A DNA stretch of 64,000 bases from Amoebophrya sp. A120 (Eukaryota; Protista; Dinoflagellata), in assembly GCA_905178155.1 (NCBI GenBank), contig CAJINV010000014.1, forward strand, positions 1,953,888 through 2,017,887, read 5' to 3'. Positions 29,482-43,026 of this stretch are shown here, piece after piece. Positions within the stretch are counted from its first letter, which is position 1; every line of letters starts with the position of its first letter. The position numbers were made by a program, and so were the translations under genes. Below the pieces are notes generated by a model. That model made no database searches, had not been told where the DNA came from, and worked only from the letters and a program-made list of their open reading frames with translations.

Positions 29482-32400
29482 CTAATCGCAAGATAATAGC
29501 ACACGAATTGTAGCTATTCTTTCAGTCAGCGCACCAGCCGCATGAAGTTGAACCACATACGATATTTCCTCAACTCTCACAACATTTTTTCATACCTTCC
29601 GGATACCGCAGGAACGCCCAAATCCGTCCATTCTGCAGGGTCGCGACAAAGGAGAGTAGCAAAAAAACCAGAACTGCGACGAAGACAAAGTTTGCAAGTG
29701 AAGTCGTCGGAGAAAAGACCAGCAACCGCACTTCGCAGTTTTCCGTTGCAGTAGTCGTGAGATCGCGGCTCACGGGCGATGTTGATGTGCTCAAGCCGGT
29801 CATTTATTTTTGCAGGGAATTGTTATTTGGCCTCGTTGCTACTGGCAGACGGTTAGTCACAATCCAGTGGCGGCCTATTCTGGGTTTCATCGCACCTTCT
29901 TTGCCACGACTTAGATAGTTATCGCACTCTTATGTCTCTCGCTTGCGGCTACCGGTCCAACAACAACAACAAAATCCGATTTGACGCGACGATCATAAAA
30001 TCAATGTCACTCATCAACTTGAACTTCTACGTCATCAGATCACAAATCTCGAAGCAAGTTGCTGTCACTTCATCTTCGTCATTCCCTATTTCTCAATCAC
30101 AATAACCCTTCTCTCTCATGGTCATGCGAATTGACATAGCTACTCGGGGGATGAACAAAGATACCTACCGAGAAGGAACGAGCGCAGCGACACACACGCG
30201 ACGACACGCGCACACTCCTCAGCGCTGTTGGCAGAAATGAATAGCGACGCTGCGGCGGGAGGGCGCGCGCCACCGAACGTCGACCCGACGGAGCCACACA
30301 TGGCGAGCGACCGTCCGCCCAGATGCAGCTGGAAAAGCCTCTCGACGTGGCTAGGCGGCGATTAGGGGGCAAACCTTCCTCCCTTCCGCGCGAAAGCAAA
30401 CCCCGAACAAACATCGCCAGAAGAAGACCCGGGCCATGCTTCCCGTGGCTGCGCCCATACAAAGGGCCAACGCGATTAAGTACGGGCGCCAACTGCTCGG
30501 GGGCGACGGGCACACAAGCGCAGCCGCGCGGGGCATGCCCACAACCTGCCGGCGCTGATTGAAAGCCTGAAGGCCCCCGGGCGGCTACGCGAAGCGCGAA
30601 AGGGCTGCCCGCCGGGGGGGGGGGGGCGGCGGGGCGAATGTATGACGGGCGTAGCCCGGCCCACGCAAAGCAAACGGGGCGCCCGCGGCAGAGCACGAAG
30701 AACAGGAGCCGGGCGCCGCTGCGCTCTCCTGGCGGGCGGCGGTCGGGGGCTGCTCCGCTGCGCCTGCGCTCCGGCTGTCTGTTATTCTGTTTGAGGGTGA
30801 GCACGGGCAGCGACGCCGCTGCAGCAGGTGGGTCGCCCGCAGCACTCCGCCAGCGACGGCTCGCGCAGCCCTCATCGATTGGCAAAAGACGGAAACGCGC
30901 GCCAGTGCAGACATAAGAAAAAACAAAATCCGCGGCGCGCGCCCGGTTGGCGCCGGCGCCGCTAGCCCCGGCACGCGACCGCGTCGCCCAAAAGTCTGAC
31001 CCTCCACCACAGGCGCATCTTGTTCGTACTTGCTACCTATCCGGCGAGCCACGGGTCGCTCCAGCACAACTAAATGAGAGCAGATCTATTGGTATTGCGA
31101 AGTACTCGACCACTCGTCCACCATACGGATTACTCGCTACTGACTCCTCCAGGTCGCGGCTCAGAGGAAATAGACACTCACCCTCAACAAGTTAGTAGAT
31201 GTTGCGCGCGAGTACCTAGCCAGAGCCAGACTAGGACAGAAACACTGCTGGTCTCATTCGTGCGATCCCTCACAACTCTTCCTGCTCCTGCAGCGGCTCC
31301 TGCATCCAACAATGACAACCAAATAACAACACTCGTACACCCCACAATCGTTTATTTCATCTCTTTGAACCACGACACATCGCGCAACAATTTTCCCATA
31401 TGTTTGCCGACTGCTGCTCCATTGAGTTTCAGATAAACACATCATCGAGGTGGAGAATCGATGAAGCAACACCCATTGCACCTCGAATTCAACAGGGACA
31501 AATCAAGCGACAGACTCGTTCCATTGCTGTTCAGGCTTGATGCAACCGGAAAATGAAAAGCTCTTTACTGTTCTTCCAGCATCCACATACCTTCCACTTC
31601 CATCCTTCTTGATGTCCACCCAGGAGCTCAAAATTGTCCTGCAATCTATCCATCTAATCCTGTGGCGCTGGACCTTTACCATCATCTTCAAGTTGTCAAA
31701 ATTCATTCAAATTTAGAATTCGTACTGTTCCCAAGATTTGTTTGCTTTCGATTTTTCGAAAGTAGGGCAAGGTTGATATAACTTCCATGGTGCCGGAGCA
31801 CGGTACTAAACAAGTTCGCAGTTTTTATGTAGAATAAAAAATGCTAAAAGCAAAGCGTATAATTAGCAAAGGGTGTATCAAAAAGAAGTTCGCTAAATGT
31901 CGTGGCGAGCACGTTTAAGCTGCTGGGTCTTCGACACCATTGCCTTCATCTCGGAGCCCGATGCAAATCAATGCGCGAGCACTACCGTCTCATTGCGAAT
32001 GCAATTTTTGGTGCCAGGTCGATGATGCAGACGAAGACCCGACTCAAAGCCATCAATATAGTCAAGACCAACCACCTCCTCGTGTGAAGATGGTCATGGA
32101 CTTTTGTAAACCTCTCGCCTCCGACGTCAATCGAAGCAAGGACGAGAAGAGAGCAGCCCGGCCGTCAAGAGCACAACTAAAAGTAAAAAGAGCGTGAAAA
32201 TCAAATCAGAGAAAAAAGAAAAAGAAGGTAAACTCAGACTTCAACTAATCAAGAAAGAAAAAGGGCTTTGCCTTTACTGTACTTGTAAACATTTTTCGAT
32301 TGTCATTTTCCAAATCAAATTCAAACTGTTGGCAGAGGAGTTAGCTCAAGCATCTTCACAATTTTTCAGCTACACAACACCAGCTGAGAAGCGGATGCAG

Positions 32401-33739
32401 CTGCCGGTGCCGCATGTGCATAGCAGCAGAATAATACAACCGAGCATAGTGCTGCTAGCTTTTTTCGAGGAGCGTATCAAATAGATACTTTTTGGAAAAC
32501 TGATACTACCCGCACTTCATATTGTGATCGAAGTCAGCAACAACTTACAACGTAGCTCATGTTCTTGTGTATAGACGAGTAAAAGTGATTCTGTCAGTAA
32601 TATCGGTGAAAAAATACCTGTCTGATTGAAAAGTAATAGAATTGATTCTTCTTGCCGTTAGAAGTTAGTAAAACAGTTCAAACTCGAGCTAATCCCGTGA
32701 AAAATCGTATAACAAAGTTCAAGTTGTGACTAAAAATTTAGGCTAATAAAGATACTCTAGCTGATATTCATATTTATCTTTTCGAAGCGCCGTGCTGCCC
32801 AGCGCCGGGTACTTTTATACTATTCCCGCTACAGCTGTGATTATTTTGGTGCGACAAGATAGGCATAAGGCTCCCTGTATTAGTGGAACTAGAAGTACTA
32901 AGGGTAATAATATCTTAACAAACATGATAGAGCGAAAAAAGGTATTTCCTGTCGGATTAGAACCGACTTTTCTGTAAAAGTTTTGTAAACTCAATTAAAA
33001 GTTCGAAAGAGAAGTGTGCTTGAATACTAGAACAAATATGTCAGTAAAAGCAAATAAGTTCACAACTATGCAGCAGCTCTAGTAGTTCCGATGCTGTTGC
33101 GGAATAAAATAGGCTTTCGAAGAGTCGAACTATTGTTTACTCGTCGCGTAACTTCGTAGTAGCAAGTTTTTTGATGATGTTAAAAAGATAAGCACCTCTG
33201 CCGAAGACGTTTCTCCGTTTTCTTTCCCGTAGGTAAAAGGCCAATAGATGACTTTGATCTATATTCCGTCTCACATTCGCAATTCGACCTCCTTGTTTAT
33301 CGTCATCGACCTACAGCCCTGTGTTATTTTGTCGACTGCTATATCTGAAATCTGCAATAAACCTCTCTAACTCCATTTGGAGTTATCTATTTTTCTATTT
33401 TTTGCTAGTAGATGATACGGTGGTCGTTGCAACTTAATATTCACGAACAGCGCATCTTCAACTTCGAATCAGCTGTACCAGTGGCGAGAAGAACTTGCGG
33501 CTATTTCAAAAGCAAACAATCCAGCAAGCAGCGAGAGTCTATCTCGTAGTGTAGGAGCCTCGGTAGAGCTGTGTGGTGTACTTCAGCAACGGTAGCACGT
33601 ATTGATCATGATCTCTGTAGTGTAGTAAAAACTAAATCGTAGTATGGATTTTTATTCCAGCTTAATATTTGTTTTCGCTTGTCTATCGCCTGAGTAAAGT
33701 ACTCCTTCCATCATGTCCTTCTTCTGGACCCGCTATTCA

Positions 33740-36700
33740 TCACTGCAGTGACATGAGCTGTTGGTTAATCAGGTCGGACAGCGGAATGTTGCCCATTTGT
33801 GACTTTACCAACACGATAGAGGAGTCCAGCTTGTCATCCAGCATGCTGTCCAAAACCCCCGGACCCCCATTTTCGAAGAGCTGCGAATCATGCTCGTTTG
33901 GATTCGCGGTCGTGGCGCTCCCGTGCTGCTGCTGTCCGCTGGATAATTGGTTTATTTCCGCAGAAGTCGTAGCAGAGCTGCACACGACAGCACCACCAGC
34001 CGGAGCAGGACGAGCCGGTAGCTCGACTACTGTAGTTAACGGCGCGGCTGTAGCTGTCGTCGTGAGAAGATCTACTTCCGTTTTGTTTCCTTTCGGTGCG
34101 GAGTTTGTTGTTGAGAAAGAACTGGTAGAAGACGACGTCGAGCAAGAACTCGAGGTACAAGAGGACGAAGCTGGGTTCATTTTCGGGAGCGGCGGCCCTC
34201 CGGTCGTCATGCAGTTCGGGACGATTCCCACCGAAGCACTGGAAACAAACTTTTCTCTGGGATCCACACCGCGCGTAGGAACTGTGCTTGTTACAATAGT
34301 TGGCTTACAACTAGTGTTCGTGGTACTACTGCTGGAACCACTGCTAGAAGAGGAGCTACTTGAAGACGATGATACCACCGCCGCCCCTGCTGTGCTGCTT
34401 GTCGTCGCAGCTGCGGTGCTACTAGAACTACTCGCAGTCGAAGAACAAACAGCGGAACTGCAACTGGATGAGGCCGTCGCCGCTCCTGTCGGTTTGGTCA
34501 CGCCAGGACCCCCGCTTGCGACAGCAGTAGAAGCTGCACTGGACGAGGACGACGTTGCGCGGACACAGCGGATCCGGTGCGACGGGCGGATATGGGAGTG
34601 TCAGGATCGAAATCGTCCGAGTTGAAATAGTTTGTGATCATGCATAAAACGGATACCAGTTGCCGTCTAGTTTTTAAGTGGCGCATGACAAATTTGGCTA
34701 GAGCCGAGCTCCAGTTTGTCATGCTGTTTGGGTAAAAAAGACGCCTTTTGTCATGCTACTTTAGCAGTTCTATTTCTACCCCTCAACAGGCTTACAATCT
34801 TCCTCCCTTGCCTACTCTGCAAGGCAGGCACTTTGTGGGTTGCATTTTTTGCATCACAAACCATTTCAACTTTGAGGATTTCAATCCTGACACTTCCATA
34901 GCGGATTGCACCGCGAGTGGTCGCCGTCATTTCCATGGCAGCGCGGCTGGGGCTTGGCTTTGTGCCTCCGACAACCTCGAATTATTTCATCAAAAATGAT
35001 TTTTGACTCAGATGTTGCATCACTTTTCTCGCACACACAACAGCACATCAAAAGTAAAAGAAAATTGATTCTATGCATGTACATCATCAAAACGAATATT
35101 ATCCACTCGCACCTGATCAATCGACGAGGTCACCACCGAAGATGCGGAAGTTGTACTAGACGCCACTCCCGACGAAGCTCCTCCACCGCGCGCGGACCGC
35201 GGCTGCTGCTGAATGCTGCTGTTGAAGAGCGATTCTTTCGAAGAGCTCGTGCCTGGGGGTCCACCACCTCCGGTGCCGTTGTTCGTCTGCTGTTGAACCA
35301 TGGAGCCGCTGGTTGTCGTGCTCGGACTGTTCATGGTGCTATTGCTGTTGGTGCTCGAATTGTAGCTCGGCATTCTGCCCGTTCGCACCTTGGAGCGAAA
35401 GACGGCGCTGGGTTGTTCCGGTTCGTCCGAGGATTTTTCGGGCAAGAACGGGCGGATGTCCCGCTTCATGCTCGAAATTTTCTCCTGAAAATCAGCGGAC
35501 GCGAGGGACAGATTGTTTGAGATCCGGGTCGCTTTTCGCTTCTGCGCGATCCGGGGATCCAGCTTGTAGCGATCCATATCGGTCACCGTACTGTTCCAAT
35601 CCGGCCTCGTTTTGCGCTCCGGGGGCTGGAATTTCGGAATGGAGGACTTGCTGTGGTCAGCACTGCCGGTGCTGGTCTGTTCGATTTGGTATATAATGCT
35701 TGGGAGCAGGAGAAAATTTTATTTGAGTGTAGTTTTACTCCTGGGCATCTTCATCTCAGGTTTTCGGTACAACATGCGCTCTTTAATGACCGAGAAGGAG
35801 AACTACGAAGACCGCAGGCGCACACATCATTGTCATACAGTATGAATTTCAATGAAATCATATCATGGAGATAACGCCACAAATAGCAACCATACAGGCG
35901 GATTCGAAGGCTGCAACACGGTGCCGTAAGTTGCCTTTACAGCTCCGGTAGCCCGAAAGCTCCCTGTTGCTCCGGTCGTACTCTTCGAGCGCGCTGTGTT
36001 AAACCTGCGGGCGGTGCGGCGACGTTCCGTCGCCGTGGCCGCTAGCGTGGGGTCGGCGCGTACCTTCAGGTGATATATGTGATGTGAGCGACTTTTTACT
36101 ACAGTTTGTACTATCTCTGTCTTCGGGTGTTTTTCTGTACCTCAATGCAGCTACGGCGCTCAAATTTCTATCTTCAAAATCAAACGCATCTATGTATCAT
36201 CGCAATTCACTACCGGTCCCCGGTGGCTGTTGTCGATCATTTTTCTGGCACTTTTCAACTTGACACTGGAGGCGGAAAGCGGCTGTTTTTTCATGCTACT
36301 CAGTGCGCCGTTCATCAGATCCAGGGGCTCCAGGAACAAGGAACTTCCGCCCCCGGACGCCGTTGTGGAGCCCATCGAGATATGCATTGCAAATATGTCT
36401 GGGTCTGGAAGCATTCGAACTTGTGATGCGAATTGATTCTACATCATGAGAAAATCTGTCATGCACGGTCAGCAAAAAGCGACACTTCTTGATACAGAAA
36501 GAGGAGATTTGTCATGCGGATTTGGCAGAGATACCTGCCCGAAATCTGTGATGCTAGGATTTGCATGCCAGACGGTCTGGGTCAGGCAAAAACTGCATGA
36601 CAAATGTCTGCACTCTTCCAGACCCAGACATATTTGCAATTCATACGAGATCGTGCTGCCTCGCCCAGATTCGTACACAGAAGAGGAAGCGCGGGACCGA

Positions 36701-39700
36701 CTCCCGTGATCTCCGTGGATGCTGATTTGGGGTTGAAGGGAAGAATCAGGTAGAGAGCGCTGAAACTGATATCTAGAAGCTAATCATAACAGTTGAGAAG
36801 TCAGTACTAACTTACAACTATTCTTTGTGCGAGGGAAGTTGCAGCGGGACGAGACGCGACTACACTCATCTACAACTACAAAGTTGTACTACCTGCTCCC
36901 CGTGATCTGCACGTGTTGCACGCCACTCGCCCCGGCGGCCGCTCCGCCTCCCCCGACCGCCGAGGTCAGGGGGCACGCGCGCACTTTTTTCACGATCGGA
37001 CCGGTGGCACTGGTGCAGCTGGGCCCGAGATTGTAGTTTCCCATGGTCATAGACAGCAAATCCGGTTCGTCCTCGAATATCTGCGTGCGCCCGTTGTAGC
37101 CGTATCGCAACTCCGCCACCTCCCGTTGCACGCGATCTTCCAAACTGGCCATGGGGGAGGATGTTTGACTCGATCCGGTCGTGGGCCGGGAACTGGGGAC
37201 GCCGTTCGCACCACCAGCTCCTTGCTGTTGAAGGGTCGACCCTGTAGAAGTACAACTACTAGTAAATCCATTCGCACCTCCAGTGATAATCTGCCCACTC
37301 GCGTCAAACTTCGGCCAGTTGTTTTTGGCCGAAGTGGGGTGCTTGATGTCAAAGCAGAGCACGTTGTTGATGTGCGACGTCGTTGCACCAGAAGTTCCTC
37401 CTGACGCAGTAGTTTTCGGCGAGAGAAAAAAATTCTGCTCGTGCGTCGAAGAGTTCCCGGGCGAGTCCGCTGTGTTGGAGGGCTGGAAGCAGGTGAAGGC
37501 GTTCAGCGAATCTTGACGGTTCATCGGATGAGTGCTGGAGATTTGCTGTTCGTCCACTTCTGTCGCAGAGGAGTCCTCTTCGAGGACCGCAGCATCTTCG
37601 ACGCCGACACTGCAACTACTGTTCTTCTCCGCCCCACTCTCGTCTTCGCACAACGTCGAAGGGGTTGGCGCGACCATGTTGCAAGAACTGGAAGGAGCTT
37701 GTCCTGCGGAGGTACTACGTAGTTGATGTTGATTTTCCGTGTCCTTCTGTTGCTCCTCAACATGATCCACCACTTCGTCGTCGATGTTGCCCACTACTTT
37801 TAACTTCGAAGTGGACAATTCGTGGGCCGCCGCTTCTAAGTTGTCGAGGTCTTTCAGATTGTCCGAGACAGTTTTTGACGTCTCGGCTTCGTCAAAAATG
37901 GAGGATGATCGACCTGCTGCTTCTCGCGCGCTAGTCGTAGTTTCTTGCTTCTTCACAACTTGCGCTTGCCTCGCGAGGTCGTCGCTCGTTGGCACGACGA
38001 ATGCATTGTTGCAAGAATTATCTTGTTCGTGGTCTTTTCTCGGAAACAAATACCCGCCGGAGTTTTGCGCAATCTTAGCTTCGTCGCTACCGCCCTGCTG
38101 TATGAGATATCGGCTGCTGGGGTTGATGCTCGTGGAGGTCTCGTCGCCCTGGACCGCATAATTAGAGGAGGTTTCGTCGGCACCATGATCATCTTTACAA
38201 CTTCCACCAGCTTCGTCATGGCGCGGCGTCTCCGTGGCCCGCGGTATGGAGATGATCTTTTCGATTTGCTTGTCCAGATCTTCCGAGTCGACTGAAGAAA
38301 CCGACGTGTATGCATTTTTTGCAAAAGTTCTGTATCGTATTCGTACTTGACCACGTACTACGATAAGGATAATTTGGTTGCTGAAGTATTATATTGTGCA
38401 AGAACTCGTACTAGAACCAGTACCAGTAGTAGTGCAAGTCAGTGGCGTAAATTAATTTCTGCACAGGGTCGAATTTTTGACAAAGTGGATTTCTAATTCT
38501 ATGTATTCTATGCTGAAGAATCCGGTAATAAAGAAGCAAATTTGTCATGCAGTACTGCATTTTTATCTTTATACGAGTACAAGTACGACTACGATGCTTG
38601 TTTTGCGGTGCATACCGTGTCGTCTTCTTCGTCCATTTCGCGTAGGAGCTGCGCACCGCCGTTGTTGTGGTTGTAAGCAATCTCCTCTCCAGACCCGACG
38701 ACACTGGTTGTGCTGCTGATCTTTGCAACGCCTTGATTGCTTGTTGTACCTCGTGGACTGGTGCTTTTTGTAACCGGCTCGACAGGAGCAGCTGTGTGGA
38801 GGTCTTTGATGTCCTCATCTTCGAGCTCATTCACATTCTTCTTCCCCATGTCCATCTGAAACCCCACTTCTTTCCCGATCTTTTCCACCAGTTCATTCAC
38901 ATCGACGTGGAGGTCCATCGTCCGGTCGTGATTTGATGTCACCTTGGTTGTTGTACTATCGTTCTCATCATGATCCACCAGCGCAGCGACTACACTAGCG
39001 ACCTGATTATTTTTCGCACCTGGCACCACGACGGCCGCCCCACCTGCGGGAACAACAGCTCCAGTCTCATTCATCATACCAGCCGCGGGGGAATCCACTC
39101 CGTTGCAGCCGCCCGCCGGACTGGTACTCCGGGTTCGATCGTTTTCCGAAGTGGAGGTGGCGCAGTGGGTGCTGCCAGGCTTTTCCACGTCGCAGTTTGA
39201 AGTGCCGTGGTTGGTGCAGGCGGAATTTTTGAGCAGCAGGTTCATGCGAGTCTGGTGCTCCCGCACGATCTCGTCCAAGTCTTCCATGGTTTCGGTTAAA
39301 GACTTACTGCGGGAACGCTGCAATTCATTTTTTTTTTTGATTTTTGGGGGAGGTTCGAGTATATCGATTTTTTCAGCCTGGCTTTTCTAAGTTCCGATCG
39401 GATTCTATCCTTCATATGCGTCAAGGTGCTCCTTCTCACCATTTTTCTCCATGACAAAGAGCAAGGACATGGACATAAAAGTATCGCTTCGTTAGTACAA
39501 CTACCTGGCGCCCGCACGCATTTCCGCCCGCTGCCGCGTCGATGCAGGACTCTTCATCACTGGTGTTGCAAGAATCAACTTGTTTTTCAACATCAATTTG
39601 CTCCGCGTCGACGTAATTATTTCGCTTCAGTGCGGGGATCGAATGTCCTCCGCTGGTGTATAACCCGCTCAGGTGTTACAATCTCAAGCGTTACAGTAGA

Positions 39701-40997
39701 ATATGGAGATCTGTGATGCAAGACTGCATGATCTAGCCAACTTTCATACGATTGCGCATGACAAGTTCCGGAGCCCCAAACCCCACTACAATCTGGCGAA
39801 ATTTGTATTGCAAAAGGTGGAACGCTGTGCGAGTCTGTCATGCTCATCATGCAACACAAATTCCAGATTCTATTGTAACGTTTGAGATTGTAACGCTTGA
39901 GCAAGTCATATGGTGCAGTCGTTCAACTCATTATCCGCAACGATCGACGAACCGACGCTGCTAGTTCGGCTCCGTCGGTTCAATCGCCTCGGCGGGCAGT
40001 ATCCAAAAAAAAAAAAGGTTGTAGGTGTAACTTTCTTGGAGGATTAGCATGACAAATATCTCTCGCATGACAGCAAAAACGTATCATGCTCAGATAGTAC
40101 GTGAAAACGCCCTATGATAGAACCTACAATGCATGCCAAGCAAGACAGACGCAATCATCTTGCATGTTGCGCATCACAGATTCACACTAACAACGTTTTT
40201 TTCTTGGATAGGCAGGAGCGGGAATTCACTGTGGTCTTCTGCTTGTTCGTCGTCCCGACTCCGCCTTTATGAGAAGTCTGAAGATGTTGATGATGATGTC
40301 GCTTCTCCTTTTTGCCGTTTTGTTGCTGCAGCATCTTCTTGATCTCTGCGTCCATAGACTCTAAGTCCAAAAGATCAGCGTCGGACGAGGTTTCCGAGGC
40401 GGATCTGGAGGTGTTGGACCCCGTGGTTTGGTCGTGGAGCTCGATGTCGTCGTCGTTTTTGCAGAGAGAAGTGGACAGATTTTGACACGAATCATCTCCA
40501 GTCGCCTGGTTGTTGCTTTTAACATTTGAGGATGCAGTAGTTGTGGCAGCTTTATTACTCAGTAGACCTGCTGATCCTTTAGTCGTAGGTGGAGCCGTAT
40601 TTGATTTGCTAGTCGTTCCCATTCCTGCTACACCTCCACCACAGGTCGCCGGCGACGCGCTACTGTTGAAAGCAGCACTCAGCTGATTTTTGCTCTGCAG
40701 CTGTCCAGTGCCTCCTCCAGCTCCTTTGCCACCGTTTGTTGTACAAGTTCCCGATACAACTACAACTGGAGGCACACCAGCTGCTGCGCCACCCGCTCCT
40801 GCCACGGCACACGCCGCCGGAGCAGGAACAGCAGCTGAGGGTTTGCTTTTGTTTTTCGCGCTCGCTTTGGTAGGAAACCGCATCTTGATGATCCGACGAA
40901 GGGCGGCAGGTGCAGTAGTGCTCGTGGTGGTTCTTTCCTTGTAGAAGTATTCAGGAGGCGGGTGTGGAGATGCAAGCGGTTCTTGTGTGAAGACCAA
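33740..40997 (-). CDS. Very large Ser/Thr/Gly-rich low-complexity hypothetical protein, multi-exon (start probably upstream of 40997)
   Basis: ORFs 40182-40997, 38589-39323, 36889-38049, 36190-36414, 35071-35586 and 33740-34501 chain through introners at 40000, 39659, 38309, 36381, 35690 and 34591 plus GT-AG introns; junction ~36760-36900 unresolved. Confidence 0.7.
34591..34900. mobile_element. Introner-like element, family A
   Basis: TSD GCGGA; internal sequence reversed relative to 1280-1593; removal gives GAIR|PSHRIR. Confidence 0.95.
35690..35894. mobile_element. Highly decayed introner-like intron
   Basis: TATA...CATA ends only; removal +5 nt restores frame (SNPP|(V/I)EQTS). Confidence 0.4.
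36381..36645. mobile_element. Introner-like element, family B
   Basis: TIR TATG.ATTGCAAATATGTCTGGGTCTGGAAG; TSD CGAGA; removal gives STIS|MGSTT. Confidence 0.95.
38309..38614. mobile_element. Aged family C element expanded by micro-duplications
   Basis: TSD ACGTG/CCGTG; TIR interrupted by short insertions; removal restores frame (EDDT|(S/A)VSSVD). Confidence 0.8.
39659..39910. mobile_element. Introner-like element, family F
   Basis: About 60-bp TIR containing GTTACAATCTCAA.CGTTACA.TAGAAT; TSD TGGTG; removal gives NDCT|SGGHS. Confidence 0.95.
40000..40210. mobile_element. Introner-like element, family E
   Basis: TSD GGCAG; 211 bp; removal gives SRSC|PPRRLN. Confidence 0.95.
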
Positions 40998-43026
40998 ATA
41001 CTGGAGGAGAGGTGGACCGACGAGTCAGGACAAGGTAGAATAAACCGCAGGCTGACAGAGACAGCAAATTATCAGAAATCGGTCTGATTGCGGAAACAAA
41101 GGAAAGCTCAATTTTTCAGCAGCGCTCTTTTTGGCGATGGAGGTTCCACATGGTCTCGGTCTTCAAGGGGGGATAGGAGAAGAAGTTGAGGTCGAAGTTC
41201 TTTTGTTGGTCACAAAATCATCGTCAAGAAAGTTGGAATGGCACAAGTTGTTTATCTTCTTCACCGCAGTTGATTGACCTCCCCGTCGTACTGCGCCGCG
41301 TCATCGAAGCTGAACATTTTTTTGGCGAGAAGTGAAATGATCCTTCTTTCCGGTACAATTATACCGAAAGGAAGATTTGCGTTCGCTTCTACTATAAGTG
41401 AGCTTCAGTTCATTCCTTTCAACGAACGATACTGTCGCGCTTCTAACACTAACAAAACGAAGACGACAACATTTTGATTTTGTATGTTTGCTCTCGACGC
41501 AGCTGACTTTGCTTTGGGTATAAACAAGTTGTAGGAAATGTCAAGAACTTACACTCGACAGATTTTCTTCTCACATTGTTTTTTGCTAGTACTAGTTTGA
41601 TATTCCCGAGCGCCGCAGCAGGTCGTTGCAGTGTAGTAAACTTGGGAGTTCGTTTCCGATTTTACATTGCCACTATTTCCTCACAAGACATCGACTCCTG
41701 CTACTAAATCTAAATCCACTCAACACATGCAAGCAGACTAAAGTTCAAGAGGAAATAAGTACAAGAGCAAATTTCTCTTTGAGTGCGCATACGCACGACC
41801 AAAACAACTCATACAGTTGTAAAGACAGACGCAATAAACTTCTGCCTATGTTGAACATGAACACTACTAGAGACCTACCAGACGTTGAGGCGATGAAAAC
41901 GCACTCAAATCAGCCCATTGACGCTGGTATCGTTTCATGCCCAGGCTTTTCTCATCCCGAGAGTTGTTTCTTTACTTCTCCGATCCTAAGGCTTTAATTC
42001 GAAATTCTTTCACATTTATCTTCTAGGAAATTCATCGACGGGCAGAACGTAGTTAATTGCTTCACAATCAGCTACACAACGCGTGGTCCTCGTCCTGCTC
42101 TACATCTCGTTTGTTATTTTGCATACGCGTCGTTCTACTTGGCGATTAGCTTTAGGTTTGTCATGCAATGATCAAAGCCGCGTGGTCCACCTGGGTCGGC
42201 ACGCATTTGCTCATTTTCTACTTATTTTTGGCAGACCATGGCAATTTTATAGACCTCACCGAGGCTCCTGCAGCACCTCGAAAGAGTGGCAAACGCGTGC
42301 TCTTTCTGGCTTCAAGCCCTCAAATAGGAACTCATCACGAGGACTCTTGGTGCCGAGTCTGAGACAGAGACAGACACCAGTCGGCAAGAAGATGGATCCT
42401 AATTCTGGTGCAGAACAATATCTCTGCTATTTTTTCGGTCCTTCCGGCGTCCCTAGTTTGACCATAATTAAAAGATGCGTTTCAAACAAGAGTGGTAGTC
42501 GCTCGCCATCGTCAGATATGCTTTTTCAAATTTCCTACTGTCATTTAACCGTGGTGCTGGTGTTGCAGTTCAAGAATCTGAATTATTTGGGAAGCTGATA
42601 TGCGGATAATAAACTTACTACTTTTTGACAGAACGTCGAGGGGAAGTGCTGGAGTGTGTTAGACTTAATACTCTGCAGATAAAACGGGCTATAGAATTAG
42701 TATACTGTGCAGGGTTTTTTTGTTCGAGGACAGGAATCATACATGTAATGTGGCATTTGTTACGAGCAGCAGGGACCAACGCGCCATTAGTTTCACTTTC
42801 GTTTACGTCGTACTACAATCTTCACAGTGTTTATGTTGTAGTTCTGACGCGAGTAAGCCTAACCTGCGTACAGGTACAGCTGGCAGTACTTGCTTCTTCA
42901 CCTCGGTTTATGTCTCAGGACAACATTGCTCGGGGCGAACGCAGCGGAACTCCCAGTAGTACAGAAACGAGGAGAATACGCTTATCCAAAACCGCTTTCA
43001 AGAACGAAAGGGCGGACAACAACCTC

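Noticed and set aside
33669-34625. 318-aa plus-strand ORF and similar plus-strand ORFs (27380-28009, 25623-26219, 57578-58225)
   Set aside because: Antisense shadows of low-complexity or GC-rich minus-strand exons.
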